The notes beneath the pieces are model-generated. The model was not told the origin of the DNA. It ran no database searches and saw nothing but the letters and a program-made list of their open reading frames with translations. Both the position numbers and the translations under genes were made by a program. DNA of 63,182 nucleotides, the filler included, from Chiloscyllium plagiosum (lineage: Eukaryota): the NCBI RefSeq assembly GCF_004010195.1. It is 3 parts of one record of this genome, joined end to end, with 100 filler letters (N's around TTAATTAATTAA, not from the genome) between each part and the next. Parts side by side here need not be neighbours in the genome. Positions count along the whole stretch, not along the records: positions 32,007 to 50,164 come from NC_057713.1; positions 50,265 to 63,182 come from NC_057713.1; 1 more part is not named here. One strand, given 5' to 3'. Every line of letters begins with the position of its first letter. Position 1 is the first letter of the stretch. This document shows, one piece after another, positions 39,046 through 51,879 of the stretch.

Positions 39046-40419
39046 TATATATAGATTTTCCTGGTCATGTACTCATCTTCAGTACACTCACCCCTTTTTA
39101 ATATGGGCAGAGGTAACAACTGCTGATATACATATAAGTGTTTGTACTGGAAAGTGATCCTTGCTCAATGCAGATTTCAGGGTCTATCTCACAACACTTT
39201 AGTTTATTGTCATTCCAAAGACATAAGAGATATTTTTACTTTCAAGTCCAAAATTCTGCATTTCTCTCTTTATAACTTAGAACCACAGCCTCAACCTTTT
39301 TAGTTTTTCTTTGAAATCTCTCCAAGTACGTGTTGTTTTGTAGATGCATGTTCTTTCAATCATCTGTTGCAACTCGAGCCAAGGAGTTCCACATTGCTGT
39401 TGTGAGACTGAAATTGTAGTTGAGAGAAACTTCCAACTTCTGGATCTACGTCAATATAATTATCCAGGTCTGATACTGAAAGAAATTTGCCCTAACCCTA
39501 TCTGTAAACATTTTTTTGTGCAGTAGATTTCTCCAACAACCTTCTCTGTTGCTGCTTTCTAAAAACGTAATAAGTGCTGTCCAAGCTGTGGACATAAATG
39601 GTCATCTTCATTACTTGGAACAAATGGTTGAATGGTTTTAGAACCTGTGCAATTTTCAGCTCATTGAAGTCATTGAGAGCTTCCAATTCTTGATGACACA
39701 TAAATGCCTCACTGGATAGATTGAGATTAAATCACCATGATGCTATGTTGTATTCAGATAAATAAAATGTTATCCCTCCTCCTGTCCTCAAGTCTCTCTC
39801 TGCCATTGTCCTTTCTCCTGCCCTCACTTGTCCTGCTTCCACATGGAGCTGGCCTGTGTTAAACCTTTTCTTCTTGATTTATTTGTATCACTGCAGCAAT
39901 TCCTGCTCTCTTTCAAAGCCAGGTTGTTTGAAAGTTATTAGAAGTAATTTGAAAGGAATCTTGTTTCACAACCCATTTTCAGCTTGGTGACACATTGTTT
40001 GGCTGCATCCTACACACCAGTGGTACTGGTGCAGGGCTTGGCGTGATGAGAGTTCAATTCAGGTTTCCAGACCTGAAAGGTCATTGTGGCCTGGATGCAT
40101 TTCTATCCATTATTTGAACACACATGAAGTCATGCAGACGTATCATGTCTGTCCCTCCATTCCTCTGATGTTAATGGTTTTGCCTACTGCCTCAATTCAC
40201 TTTTCTCAGGCTGTTCAGTTGAAACAATTTGAATCCTAGTGCTGAACACATTTAGGTAACTATTACAAATTTTGCACAGTCTTCCAAAATTCTCTTGCCA
40301 CATTTTGCACCAGTAAGTAATATATTTCCTACATTAGTACTTTCTGCGCTATTTTGCAATGCTAACTGTCAAGATATAATTTCAGTTAGTAGCTACGTGG
40401 CATCTTTTAGGAGGAGTAG

Positions 40420-40960
40420 CTAAAAGAAAGAAAGATTTGGCTTTGCATGAGTCACAACTTCAAGATGTCCCAAACGTTTTATAGCCTTTACGGAAATACT
40501 TCTGAAGTGTAGGTCTTGTTGTAATGTTTGAATAAAAGCAACCAATTTACAGCAATATGCTAATAAACAGACGATCTGTTTTGTGTTATTGATAGAGGGA
40601 TAAATGTTGGCCATGACACCACCTGGAGGGAAAAAAACAATAATACTTGGAAATGAACATATTGTTCCCTCCATTTTGAAGTAGACAGGATGGGTTGAAC
40701 CAGAATATATCATTCACCAGTTTTACTGGTTTTTCTTTCTGGACAGGAAGAACTCTCATTCTCTTTTAAGATCATGCTGTGAGGTCTTTTATTTCAACCA
40801 ACAGCTAGAGCAGAAAGGACATTGGTTGAGCATCTCATCCAAAAACAACATTTGCAACAATCCAGCACTTGCTGTCAGCCTAGATTTTATACTGAAGTCT
40901 CTGGGGTGAGAATTGAATCCATACACTTCCAACACAGAAGCAAGGGCTCTGTTAACAGAA
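40420..40960 (-). mobile_element. Deu-domain SINE (SacSINE1/AmnSINE1-like), old; weaker copy at ~38200-38480 (+)
   Basis: Minus strand ggatgagatgctcaacc...ggccaacatttatccctc...acacttcagaagtattt...aaacgtttgggacatcttgaagttgtga matches the recalled Deu-SINE body and tail. Confidence 0.65.
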
Positions 40961-41619
40961 CAATCATTGACAACCTCAACACCAGTTTGCACATAAAGGA
41001 ATATATGGTTTATAATCATCAGTGGCATGGATAATTTCCTAATTAGTTGCTGCTCAGCCATCACCAAGAGAGAACTCACAATCAAAGTGCCCCATGCAGG
41101 TTTAGCAGTTTCTGCCATTATGGTGTCTGCAAAAAAAGTCCAATGGAATTATAAATAAACACTGAATTAAAAATACAAATTAAACTAACTTCCAGGGAGA
41201 CCATTCCAAGAAACCAGAAAATGGTAAGATGTTCTAATATTTCAAACCGTTGCCCTATCTATCTTATTGACTGTATTTTGGGAAGGAACAGTAAACTTTA
41301 GTGCTAACTACACAGGACCATATAATGAGAGGTGAGAGTTAGATTCAACATGCTCTGCATGACTTTCTATCCAATATACTTAATGGATAGTGTCATAAAC
41401 ACCAGGGAGAAGTGAATTGATCTTTTTTACTGTCCTCCTTTCTTGTAACAACAAATTTACTTTTTATGTTTCTTTTCCCTTTTAATAATAGGTAGTTTCC
41501 CCAAACTATGTGTGTGAAGTCCAATTTAGAAGGACTCAGAACAAATTCCTTTACTATTAAAAGAAAACAGATTTTACTTTTTGCAGTCAAAACCTAGGGA
41601 ATACTCATGATACACACGT

Positions 41620-42030
41620 ATCCAACAAAGAAAAAAACGAGAAAGGGCATAACAATAAATGAGGCAGGTAGAGGGATCCTTAATGTCACATTGGAGGAAC
41701 CTCAGTTCTAGACCTTATCCAACAGGTATAAGGTACTTGCTCTCTCTGTAAATGAGAAAAGAGTCTGCAGGAAGGATGGTCAAACCGATGACTGCTCTTT
41801 AATTCAGGAAACATTCAAATGAGAGGAGCACAAAAAAAATTGATGGTGGTAGAGGATTCTATAATTAAGGAGATAGATACTATCCCTTATGAGCAGGATC
41901 AAGAGTGCTGCATGATGTTTTCCCTACCAGTTGCCAAGATGAACGATATCTGGAGCCAGCTTGAAAAGATACTCCAGAAGGAGGGGTGCGTCCAATTTTT
42001 ATGGTCCACGTTGGCACCATCAATATAGGC
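41620..42030 (+). mobile_element. CR1 ORF1 (SGNH esterase) fragment
   Basis: VVEDSIIKEID...FSLPVAKMNDI...VHVGTINIG. Confidence 0.7.
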
Positions 42031-42039
42031 AATTTCTCA

Positions 42040-44150
42040 GACCATAAAGCCATAACTATAAATGCAGAATTAGGCCATTCAGCCCACTGAGTTCTGCTCT
42101 GCCATTCAATCATGGTTGATATGTCTTTCATTCCCATTCTCCTGCCTTCACCCATAATGTTTCCTCTCTTTACCAATCAAGAACCTATTTCATTTCTGCT
42201 TTAAATACAGTCAATAACTTCTATAGCTGTCTGTGGCAATGAGTTTTACAGATTCACCACACCCTGGCTGAAGAAGTTCCTCCTCATCACAGTTCTAAAG
42301 GGTATTCCATACATTCTAAGGCTTTGCCCTCAGGCCCTAGTCTCTCCTACTAGTGGAACTATCTTCACCAAGCCCACTCTACCCAGGACTCTGGGTATTC
42401 TGTTTCAATGAGATCCCCCTCATCACCGAGTACAGATCCAGAGTGCTCAACTGCTTATCATATGACAAGCCCTTCACTACCCGATCATCCTTGTGAAATT
42501 CCTTTCTAATGCCAGCTCATTATTCCTTAGATACAGGGCCCAGAACTGCTCACAATATTCTAAGTATGGTCTGACCAAAGCCTTGTACAGCCTCAGCAGT
42601 ATATCCCTGCTCTTATATTCTAGCCCCCTTAAAATGAATGCTAACATCACATTTGCCTTACTAACTGCCAACCGAATCTGCTTGTTAAAGTTTAAGAGAA
42701 TCCTGAACTGAGACTCACAAGTCTCTTAATGCTTCAGATTTTTGAAGCTTTTCCTCATTGAAAAAATAGTCTGTGCCTCTATTCTTCCTACCACAGTGCA
42801 TAACCTCATATTTTCCCACACTGTAATCCATCTGCCAATTCTTTACCCATCTCCTAACTTGTCCAAGTTCTTCCGCAGCCTCCTTGCTTCCTCAATGCTA
42901 CCTGTCCCTCCAGATATCTTTGTGTCATCTGCAAACTTAGCAAAAATGCTTTCACTTCCTTTCTCCAGACTGTTTAGATTAGATTAGGTTAGATTAGATT
43001 AGATTACTTACAGTGTGGAAACAGGCCCTTCGGCCCAACAAGTCCACACTGATCCGCCGAAGCGTATACCACCCAGACCCATACTCCTACACTTACCCCT
43101 AACCCCTAACACTACAGACAATTTAGCATGGTCAATTCACCTAACCTGCACATTTTTGGACTGTGGGAGGAAACCGGAGCACCCGGAGGAAACCCACGCA
43201 GACACGGGGAGAATGTGCAAACTCCACACAGAGGCGGGAATTGAACCCGGGTCTCTGGCGCTGTGAGGCAGCAGTGCTAACCACTGTGCCACCGTGCCGC
43301 CCACTGTTAATGTATAATGTGAATAATTGTGGTCCCAGCGTGGGACCCCCGTGGAACTCCAAAAGTCACTAGCTGCCATCTTGAAAAAGATCCCTTTACC
43401 CCCAATCTCTGCCTTTTGCCAGTCAGCCAATCCTCTAATCATGCAAATACCTTGTCCCTTACAACACAGTCTCTTATCTTCTTTCACAGCCTCCTGAGGC
43501 ACATTGTCTTCTGGAAATCCAAATGGAGCAGATCCGCTGGTTTTCCTTCATATAACTTGCTTGTTACCTCCACAAAGAATTCTAACAGATGTATCAGGCA
43601 TGATCTCCCCTTGAAGAAGCTGATCCAGCTCAACCCTATTTCATCATTCACTTCCAAGCATTCCACAATCTCATCCTTAATAATGGCTCTAAAATCTTAC
43701 CATCAACTGAAGTCAGGCTAACCGGCCTATAATTGTCCATTTTCTGCTATTTTCTAGTCGTCTGGAACCTTCCCTGACTCCACTGATTCTTGAAAGATCA
43801 CCACCAATGCCTCTATAATCTCCTCAGCTATGTCCTTCACAGCTATGTCTGGTGTGTTGTCCATCAAGTCCAGTTGATTTCTCCACCTTCAACTTTCCAA
43901 GTACTTTCTTCTCAGTGATGGCCATTACACCACTGCACCCTGACTCTCTTGAAGTTCTGGTATACTCATGATGTCTTACACTATAAAGACCAATGCAAAG
44001 TACTTATTAAATTCCTCCACCATTTCCTTATTCCCCAATACAACTTCTCCAGCACCATTTTCCAGCAGTCCACTTTTGCCTCTCACTTACTTTATATATA
44101 TATATATATATCAAGAAAAACTCTTACAATCTTCTTTTATACTACATCCT
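42040..44150 (-). mobile_element. CR1 LINE RT and 3' end, interrupted by an HE1 SINE
   Basis: GRSCLIHLLEFF, FADDTK and KALVRPYLEYCEQFW motifs, with a 3' tail at ~42040. Confidence 0.85.
42975..43302 (-). mobile_element. Young full-length HE1 V-SINE with TSD
   Basis: Head gggcggcacggtggcacagtggttagcactgctgcctcacagcgccagagacccgggttcaattcc, (tagat)n tail, and TSD actgtt at 42969-42974 and 43303-43308. Confidence 0.92.
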
Positions 44151-44549
44151 TGACCAGTAGTTTCTGTCTTACGAATAAGACTTTGGGTTGAAATATTTGG
44201 CTAGCGGGATGGTTTTGATAGTCCCTCAATAGAAATCATTGTGTTTTTGTAGTGGATAACAGTGAAGCCATTTTCATCAAGTCAAGCAATAATGGCTTTT
44301 AATTGTCGTCTAGTCAGAAAAGGCTGAGATAGATATTTTGTTTATTCATTTTTCTGTTGGCTTGACTGATAAGTTCATACAATGCAAATAGTGTCACGTT
44401 CCAGGAGTCGATAAATTTAGGTTTATGCTGATAGTTCCTGGACATTTTTGGAGGCAGTCAACTTGCTCATTCTGTGTTCTGTAACAACAATTTTAAAAAG
44501 GCAGCAAGGGTCTATATTTTAAAAAAAAGGACTCTGAGAACAGCCATGG

Positions 44550-44660
44550 CCAACTTGAAACGTTAACTTTGTTTCTCTCTGTAGATGCTGACAGATCTGC
44601 TAAGTTTGTCCAGCGCATTTTGTTTTTATTTCAGATATTTAGCATCTGCTGTATTTTGCT
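44550..44660 (+). mobile_element. PLE pLTR 3' fragment
   Basis: gaaacgttaactttgtttctctctgtagatgctgacagatctgc. Confidence 0.6.
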
Positions 44661-44719
44661 TAATTTAAACAAGATAATATAGTTCAATAAAAATCAATTT
44701 ATGATATCTTTCTCTTCCT

Positions 44720-46140
44720 GCCCATGAGGCACCACAAATAGAAAAGCAGATAGAATAGAGTGACTTTGCTTCTGGATTCCAGATGGTCATTCCCATTACA
44801 GAAAGCTCAGTCCAGGTCCCACTCCTGCAGACGCTGCAGGAATGTTGGTTTCCAGTGCTTAATGGCTTCAGGTGGCATAGCATCAGTACTTGGAGCCATT
44901 AGCTTTGCAATGCTCCTGTGCTCTGTGTTGCTGTCCTTGATAGGTGTACTTCTTATAGTGCCCAGACAATATTCTTGTGGAGAACAACTCAAGGAAACGT
45001 TACACCCATCATCCCTACTGTTTGTGCAGATTGGTGATGACCTTCCTGCCTTTGTTTTTAATGGGCCCATTTTATTTGCTGATGGATATGTTTCCTTTTT
45101 GATCTCTTCATACATGCCCCTAACATTTTCTGTGTCAAAAGACATCTGGATGTTCTGTCAAAGTTGGAAGCAGCAACGATTGACACGCCAATAACAATCA
45201 GTTGAACGAGACTTTGAGCAACAGATAATGCTTTCAGTATCTTCTTGCTCAGATCTCTATTTTAAATAGGGAGTGGATATTTGGCTGCAATTGTAAGTTT
45301 CATTACAATAATGTCAGCCTTGAACCACTCGGCCTGTTTTTGTTCTGACTTCCTCCATGCTGGGTGCCAAATTTTAGATAGTACCTTCAGATAATACCTT
45401 GCATTTGTTTCTGCAGTCTATGTGGGAATAACAAAGAATGCCTGTTCAATTAAGTCACAGAACTGCTGTGGCTTTTTGAAAAAAATCTGGGTAAGTAACA
45501 TGACTGACACTGATAGGAATATAGCATTTTTGTCTTAAAATGAAAAGAACTTCAAGGATGACATCCTAACATTGTTGCACACCAAGACATGATCTATATC
45601 ATGGTCAGCACCATGAAAATGTTGTTCAGAGTTACATCTGGTGAAGACCAGATTCAGCTGGTACTAATCCCTGATCCTGGATATCTCCAGGACATGCTTG
45701 TGCTGAAAGAAAGTGTTAGTTACATAAAGCTCGTGGTAGCAACAGAACTGAAGTAGTCTCTGTGTCCCGTGTCAATTATCATTCCCAGACTATGATATCC
45801 AAGGCAGGAGGGCCATGACTTGTAGTCTGCACCCCTTCTTGCATTGAAATTCCCCAGCAGGGAAACATAGTTTTTGAGATACTGCTGATTACAGTGTCAG
45901 TCTCCTTATAGAACTGCCCTTCCTCCTCTGGAACTCCATATTGGAGCATGGATATTCTGGCTCTGTTGAAATTGCGAAGCAGATAGAGGGAACACATTCT
46001 GAACCATTTGCAAATGAATTTTATCATTGAAAGTAGTGAGTTCCTCAGTTAGAGTGAAGCCTATATCCTGCTCACACATTTCCACTGGACTCTTTCCCAG
46101 CCAGATGGAGTTGCATTACTTTCCTTTCAGTGATCGACTC
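44720..46140 (-). mobile_element. RTE-clade LINE remnant (APE and start of RT)
   Basis: DTENVRGMYEEIKK...GPLKTKAG...APSTDAMPPEAIKH, and FPCWGISMQE (a frameshifted GDFNA). Confidence 0.7.
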
Positions 46141-46149
46141 TGAACAAGT

Positions 46150-46420
46150 CTGGTCTCTGGTTGTAAGTTTGCTTGCTAAGCTAGTAGATTTGTTCTCAGA
46201 TGTTTCGTCACTATGCTAGGTAACATCATCAGTGAGCCTCCGATGAAACGCTGGTGTTCTGTTCTGCTTGCTAGTTATCTGTCCTGGTCTGTTGTGGTGG
46301 GTTATATCACTTCTGCTTCTTTTTCTGAGAGGTTGGCAAATGAGGTCCAAATTCATATGGAGTTAATGGAGTTCCAGTTCTGGTCTCTTGTAAGGAAGCA
46401 ATGTCAATGTTCAACTCATT
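46150..46420 (-). mobile_element. Penelope 3' end with hammerhead motif (46195-46236)
   Basis: Minus strand: ctca-CTGATGA-t-gttac ctagcata gtgac-GAAAC-ATC-tgag. Related to 32081-32385. Confidence 0.75.
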
Positions 46421-47895
46421 AAGCTCCATCAGATCACATCTGTCTTCAGATATTATTGACTAGTTTGATCAAGTTTTGTCAAACACAGATTCCCATCCAT
46501 GAATCAATATCACCTTTAATTAGCATATTCTGATGTTCTAAGTGCCCTGTTACCACATCTCTAGTATAATAAATTTGAACATTGTCTTGGATTCTCTAAT
46601 AACCAGACAGTTATTGTTGATGGGAGTTGTGCACAGGCACGCTGTGGAATCTCCATGGTAATGGACTTCAAAGGAAATAGCCCAGGAAATTGATGATTCT
46701 GCTGGTCAATTCCTCTACATTTGGAACCTTCTAGGAGTATCCATTTAAATTAGAAAATTTGGAGGGTTCCAATGAAATTAAGTGTCTTGCAACTCAAGAA
46801 AGGTTAGACTATTAAATACATAATTTAACTCTCAAGTAACTATTTAGCTATACTTATTTCATACACCACTGACTCTCTCTCCTCCAAACCATTTAAAACC
46901 TCCAGACACTGAGCTTATGTCTTCCGGAATCCAATGTCACCTACTCCTGTCCCAGATCCAGCACCCCCTTCCCCCATTCCCCTTCCATTTGACCCAACCC
47001 CTCTTCCCCTGCTCCTGATCCAATCCCCCTTTCCCTGCAGAGCTATACTCACTTCCTTTCTCCCTGCTCCAGACAAAACACTGACTTTTCCCCACCTCCA
47101 TTCCAGCCCTGGTTTTCCTCACCCTGACAGTGATCCAGCAGTCCCTTTCCCATCTTTGGACCAAATCTGCTTCTGCCAATTCTACCTTCCTCCACCCCTA
47201 TACATGACCACACTCCACCCAAAACAATTGTTCCCATCCATCCCAATCTGCCATAAACACTGTATTACTTATTTTTCTCCTTTGCTACCTTGCACTTTGG
47301 CACCTTGCCATCTACCCATTTGGCATCCTACCCTGCTGACACCTTCACCTGTATCCAGCTGATACCATACCATCTGGACCCTACTGAGTGGTACCAGGCT
47401 CACCTGGCACCCTCACCTCACATGTTCTGTTAAGAGGTGGGTTTCTGCTCAGTGGAAGAAGATAGTTAGACCCTTCATTATCTTACTTACTACATTTTCC
47501 TCTCTCTGTTGGAAGTTTCCCTGACACTATGGGTATAACATTCCATGGGTCCCACACAGGTCTTTGCTAGACAATGACAAAACTTACAACTGCCATGATT
47601 TGTTTGTGTTTGTTGACTTATTTCAAAAAAAGGAAATTCTGGAGTTTCAAATTAACAATGTGCATGGTACTATGGGGGTCTGATACTTCATCATGACAAA
47701 CTAGTATAAGTGAACTTTAAGCAGAGTTCGCCTTGCTTGATCGTGGGTCCCCTGCCCAAGCAGATGGTGACTCAGCCATATCGTTAGTGCAAGCTTGCAT
47801 GCTATTGATGTTTAAATTAGCAGCCGTGCAAAGTTTGTATACTCCATTCTTTGGAAGCAACATATTCAGGTTAACCATACATTTCTGTTTTTCAG

Positions 47896-50164
47896 CGGCA
47901 GCAGCAACTCGAAGGGTGGGAGCTTGCACCAGGGGCCTGCCGGGAGCGGTGAGTCACTGATTTGTGCTTTTAAATTTGAAGTCAGAGAGCAGAGGTTTCT
48001 GGGAAAGGGGGGACTTCGTACTTTTATTTCCATCCTGCTATATAAGTCAGTGTCTTCTCAACCCGAGACCCTACCTTCGTAGGCCTCCCACCCAACCACC
48101 TCCTCTAACCTTAAAGACCAGGGACATATCAGGTAAGCGTCTCTTTTTTACTTTGTGACTAGGAGACTAGCAGGGATGGCAGTGCAGGGAGAGCAATGTT
48201 CCTCCTGCATGATGTTTGAGGTCAGGGACACCGTTAGTGTCCCACCCAAGTACATCTGGAGGAAGTGCACCCAACTCTCGCTCCTCCAAGACCGTGTTAG
48301 GGAACTGGAGCAGGAGCTTGATGGACTTCGGATCATTCGGGAGGCAGAGGCTGTGATAGTTAGGAGTTATAGGGAATTAGTTACTCCTAAGCAAGAAGAA
48401 AGCTGGGTGACTGTTTGAAAGGGGAAAAAACAGTCAGTGGAGGGATCCCCTGTGGTCGTTCCCCTGAAAAACATGTATATACTGTTTGGATACTATTGAG
48501 GGAGACGACTTACCAGGGGCAAGCAGTGGGGCCCTGGTCTCTGGCACAGAGTATGTCTCTGTGGCACAGAAGGGAAGGAGGGAAAGGAGGAGAGTGTTAG
48601 TCTTTGGGGATTCAATAGTTAGAGGCTCAGATTAAAGGTTTGTTGGGAACGAACGAGACTCACGGTTGGTGTGTTGCCTCCCAGGTGCCAGGGTCCGTGA
48701 TGTCTCGGATCATATCTTTGGGGTCCTGAAGGGAGAGTCTCAAGTCGTTGTCCATGTAGGTACCACCGGCATAGGTAGAAAGAGGGATAGGGATGTAAGG
48801 CAGGATTTCAGGGAGCTAGGGTAGAAGCTGAGAGCTAGAACAAACAGAGTTGTTATCTCTGGTTTGTTATCCGTGCCACGTGATAGCGAGGCACGGAATA
48901 GGGAGAGCTGTCAGCTGAACACATGGCTACAAGGATGGTGCAGGAGGGAGGGTTTCAGGTACTTGGATAATTGGGGCTCATTCTGGGGAGGGTGGGACTT
49001 GTACAAACAGGACAGTCTTCACTTGAACCAGAGGTACTAATATCCTGGGTGGGAAATTTACTGGTGCTATTCAGGTGGGTTTAAACTAGCTCAGCAGGGG
49101 GATGTGAACCAGAGGTGTACTTGCAGTGCACAGGAGGATGAGAGTAGGAAGGACAGGGACAGGATTTCAGGGTCACAGGAATATGCTGGTAGACAGTGAA
49201 GTGGTTTGAAGTGTGTCGACTTCAGTGCCAGAAGTATCCGAAACAAGTTGGTGGGGTTGCAGCATGGATAGGTACCTGGGACTTTGATGTTGTGACCATT
49301 TTGGGGACATGGATAGAGCAGGATGAGGAATGGATGTTGCAGGTTCCAGAGTTTAGACCTTTCATTAAAAACAGGCAAGGCGGTAAAAGGGGGGGGAGAC
49401 GTGGCCTTGTTGGTCAAAGATACTATAACGGTGGCTGAGAGAATTTTTGATGAGGACTCGTCTACTGAGGTTGTGTGGACTGAGGTTAGAAACAGGAGAG
49501 GAGAGGTCACACTGCTTGGAGTTTTTATAGGCCTCCGCAGAGTTCCAGGGAGGTGGAAGAGAGGATTAGCAAAATTATTCTGAGTTGGAGTGAAAGGAAC
49601 AGGGTGGTCATTATGGGGGACTTTAACTTCCCCAATATTGATTGGAAATGCTATAACTCGAGCATGTCAGATGGTTCAGTTTTTGTCCAATGTGTACAGG
49701 AGAGTTTCCTGACACCGTATGTCGAAGGGCTGACAAGAGGGGAGATCACACTGGATCTGGTGCTTGAACCAGGCCAGGTGTTTGATTTAATTGTAGGTGA
49801 GCACTTTGGAGAGAGTAACCATAATTCAGTTATGTTTATTTTAGCGATGGAAAGGGATAGGTACATGCCACAGGTCAAGAGTTATTGATGGGGCAAGGGC
49901 AATTGAGATCACACTGGATCTGGTGCTTGAACCAGGCCAGGTGTTTGATTTAATTGTAGGTGAGCACTTTGGAGAGAGTAACCATAATTCAGTTATGTTT
50001 ATTTTAGCGATGGAAAGGGATAGGTACATGCCACAGGTCAAGAGTTATTGATGGGGCAAGGGCAATTACAATGCAATTAGGCAAGAATTGGGATGCATAG
50101 AATGGGGTAGCAAAATGCAGGGGAGGCAGACAATCGAAATGTGGAGCTGGTTTAAGGAACAGAT
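47896..50164 (+). mobile_element. CR1 LINE 5' half (5'UTR, ORF1 ~48176-49090 Zn-finger/esterase, ORF2 APE), cut by a gap
   Basis: CSSCMMFE...KCTQLSLLQDRVRELE, VFGDSIVRG, VCCLPGARV, GDFNFPNIDW. Confidence 0.9.
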
Positions 50165-50264
50165 NNNNNNNNNNNNNNNNNNNNNNNNNNNNNNNNNNNN
50201 NNNNNNNNTTAATTAATTAANNNNNNNNNNNNNNNNNNNNNNNNNNNNNNNNNNNNNNNNNNNN

Positions 50265-50402
50265 CTGTAGATAACTCCCAAGAGGGTCTTTTTACCCTTA
50301 GAATTTCTCAGCTCTATCCATACTGACTCTACATCCCCTGATTCTAGGTGCCCCTGCGCAAGGGACTGAATATCATCCCTTACCAACATGGCCACCCCAC
50401 CC
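50265..50402 (-). mobile_element. CR1 endonuclease fragment
   Basis: GGGVAMLVRDDI...VESVWIELRNSKGKKTLLGVIY. Confidence 0.8.
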
Positions 50403-51500
50403 CCAATGTTGCATCTTCTGGGCTGCAGGCTGCCCAGGCGGAAGATGAGGTGTTGCTCCTCCAATTTGTGGTCTGATTCAATGCAGCAATGGAGGAGTCA
50501 GAGGGTGAACATGTCAGAGAGGGATTTGGAAGGGGAATTGAAGTGGCCGGTGACCAGGAGGTCAGGCTTGCCCTTATGGGCCCGGCTGCGATGCTCGGTG
50601 AACCATTTCCTCAGCTTACATTTGGTCTCCCTGATGTAGAGAAGACCACGTCGGGAGCACCTGATGCAGTAAACTAGGTTGGAGGAGAGGCAGGTGAACC
50701 TCTGTCTCACCTGGAAGGACTGTTTGGGGCTCTGGGTGGAGGTGAGGGTGTGTTGTGCCAACAGCTTTTGCATCTTTTCTGGTTGCAGGGGAAGGTAGCT
50801 GGGGGTTCGGGAGGGCTGGTGGAGAGAGTGGTGCAAACCAAGGACTGTTGGAGGGAACAGTCCTTGCGGAAGGCAGAGAGGGGCTGGGAGGGGAAGATGT
50901 TCTTGGTGGTGGGGTCTAGTTGGAGTTGGGGAAAGTGTTCGAGGATTATACATTGGAAGTGTAGACTGGTGGAGTGGTAGGTGAGGACAAGGGGGACCCT
51001 GGCTTTATTATGTTTGAACAGAGAGGGGTTTAGAGCAGTGGAGCAGGGAATGTACGAGGTGCGGTGGAGGTTGTCTGGATGACAGAAGGGGGAAAGCATG
51101 TTGTGAAAATAGATGGACATCTGGGATGTTTCCTCATCAGAACAGATGCAACAGAGACCGAGGAATTGGGAAAATGGGGTGGAGTTTTTGCAGGATACTG
51201 GGTGGGAGGAGCTGTAGTCCAGGTAGTTATGGGAGTCTGTGGGCTTGTAGTGAACGTCAGTCCATAAACTGTCACTGGAAATGGAAACGGGGATGTCAAG
51301 GAAAAGGAGGGAGGTGTCCAAGATAGACCAAGTGAATTTAAGGGCAGGGTGGAAATTGTTGGCAAAGTCGATGAACTACTCCAGTTCAGCCTGGGTGCAG
51401 GGTGCAGCACCGATGCAGTCATCAATGTAACAGCGTACGAATTGGAGAACAGTACCTGTACATGTACTGAAGAGGGACTGTTTGATGTGGCCATTTGACA
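50403..51500 (-). mobile_element. Penelope-like element RT C-terminus and GIY-YIG endonuclease, disrupted
   Basis: RYIDD, FLDIPVSI, YKPTDSHNYLDYSSSHP and NLVYCIRCSRRGLLYIRET motifs. Confidence 0.9.
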
Positions 51501-51879
51501 AGCAGGAGGCTGGAACATATGCAGGGACTAGCAGGAACAGAAGTACTGCTCCAACTTTCTGAAGACCCTATCAGAGTCTCTTGTCAAGAGCTCTTTCAAT
51601 ATGTAAAAAAAAGGGAGTGGAATGGCAATCTGCAGGACAGCAGGACTGCAGAGAATCCTGCTTTGTGTTCCTTCAATTCCTGTTACACTGCATAATGTGA
51701 GACACGCACCTGCCCATATTATTGCTTTTGAAGTTTAAGAACTATTGGAAAATTTGTCAGAGTAAACTTTTATCTTCAGTGCTCTTGATGCAGAGCTTTG
51801 TTCACGGAGCATTTCTGTGGCCTCACCACTTGCCATACATTGATCCATATTACCAACCAGCCTGGCTCTCTAATAATGA

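Noticed and set aside
43230..43302. tRNA gene (A and B boxes)
   Set aside because: It is the tRNA-derived head of an HE1 SINE, followed by the SINE body, tail and TSD.
46934..47362. 142 aa proline-rich ORF
   Set aside because: A by-product of low-complexity C/T-rich sequence.
49742..50067. Exact 163 bp tandem duplication in CR1 ORF2
   Set aside because: The copies are identical and next to a contig end, so this is most likely an assembly artefact.
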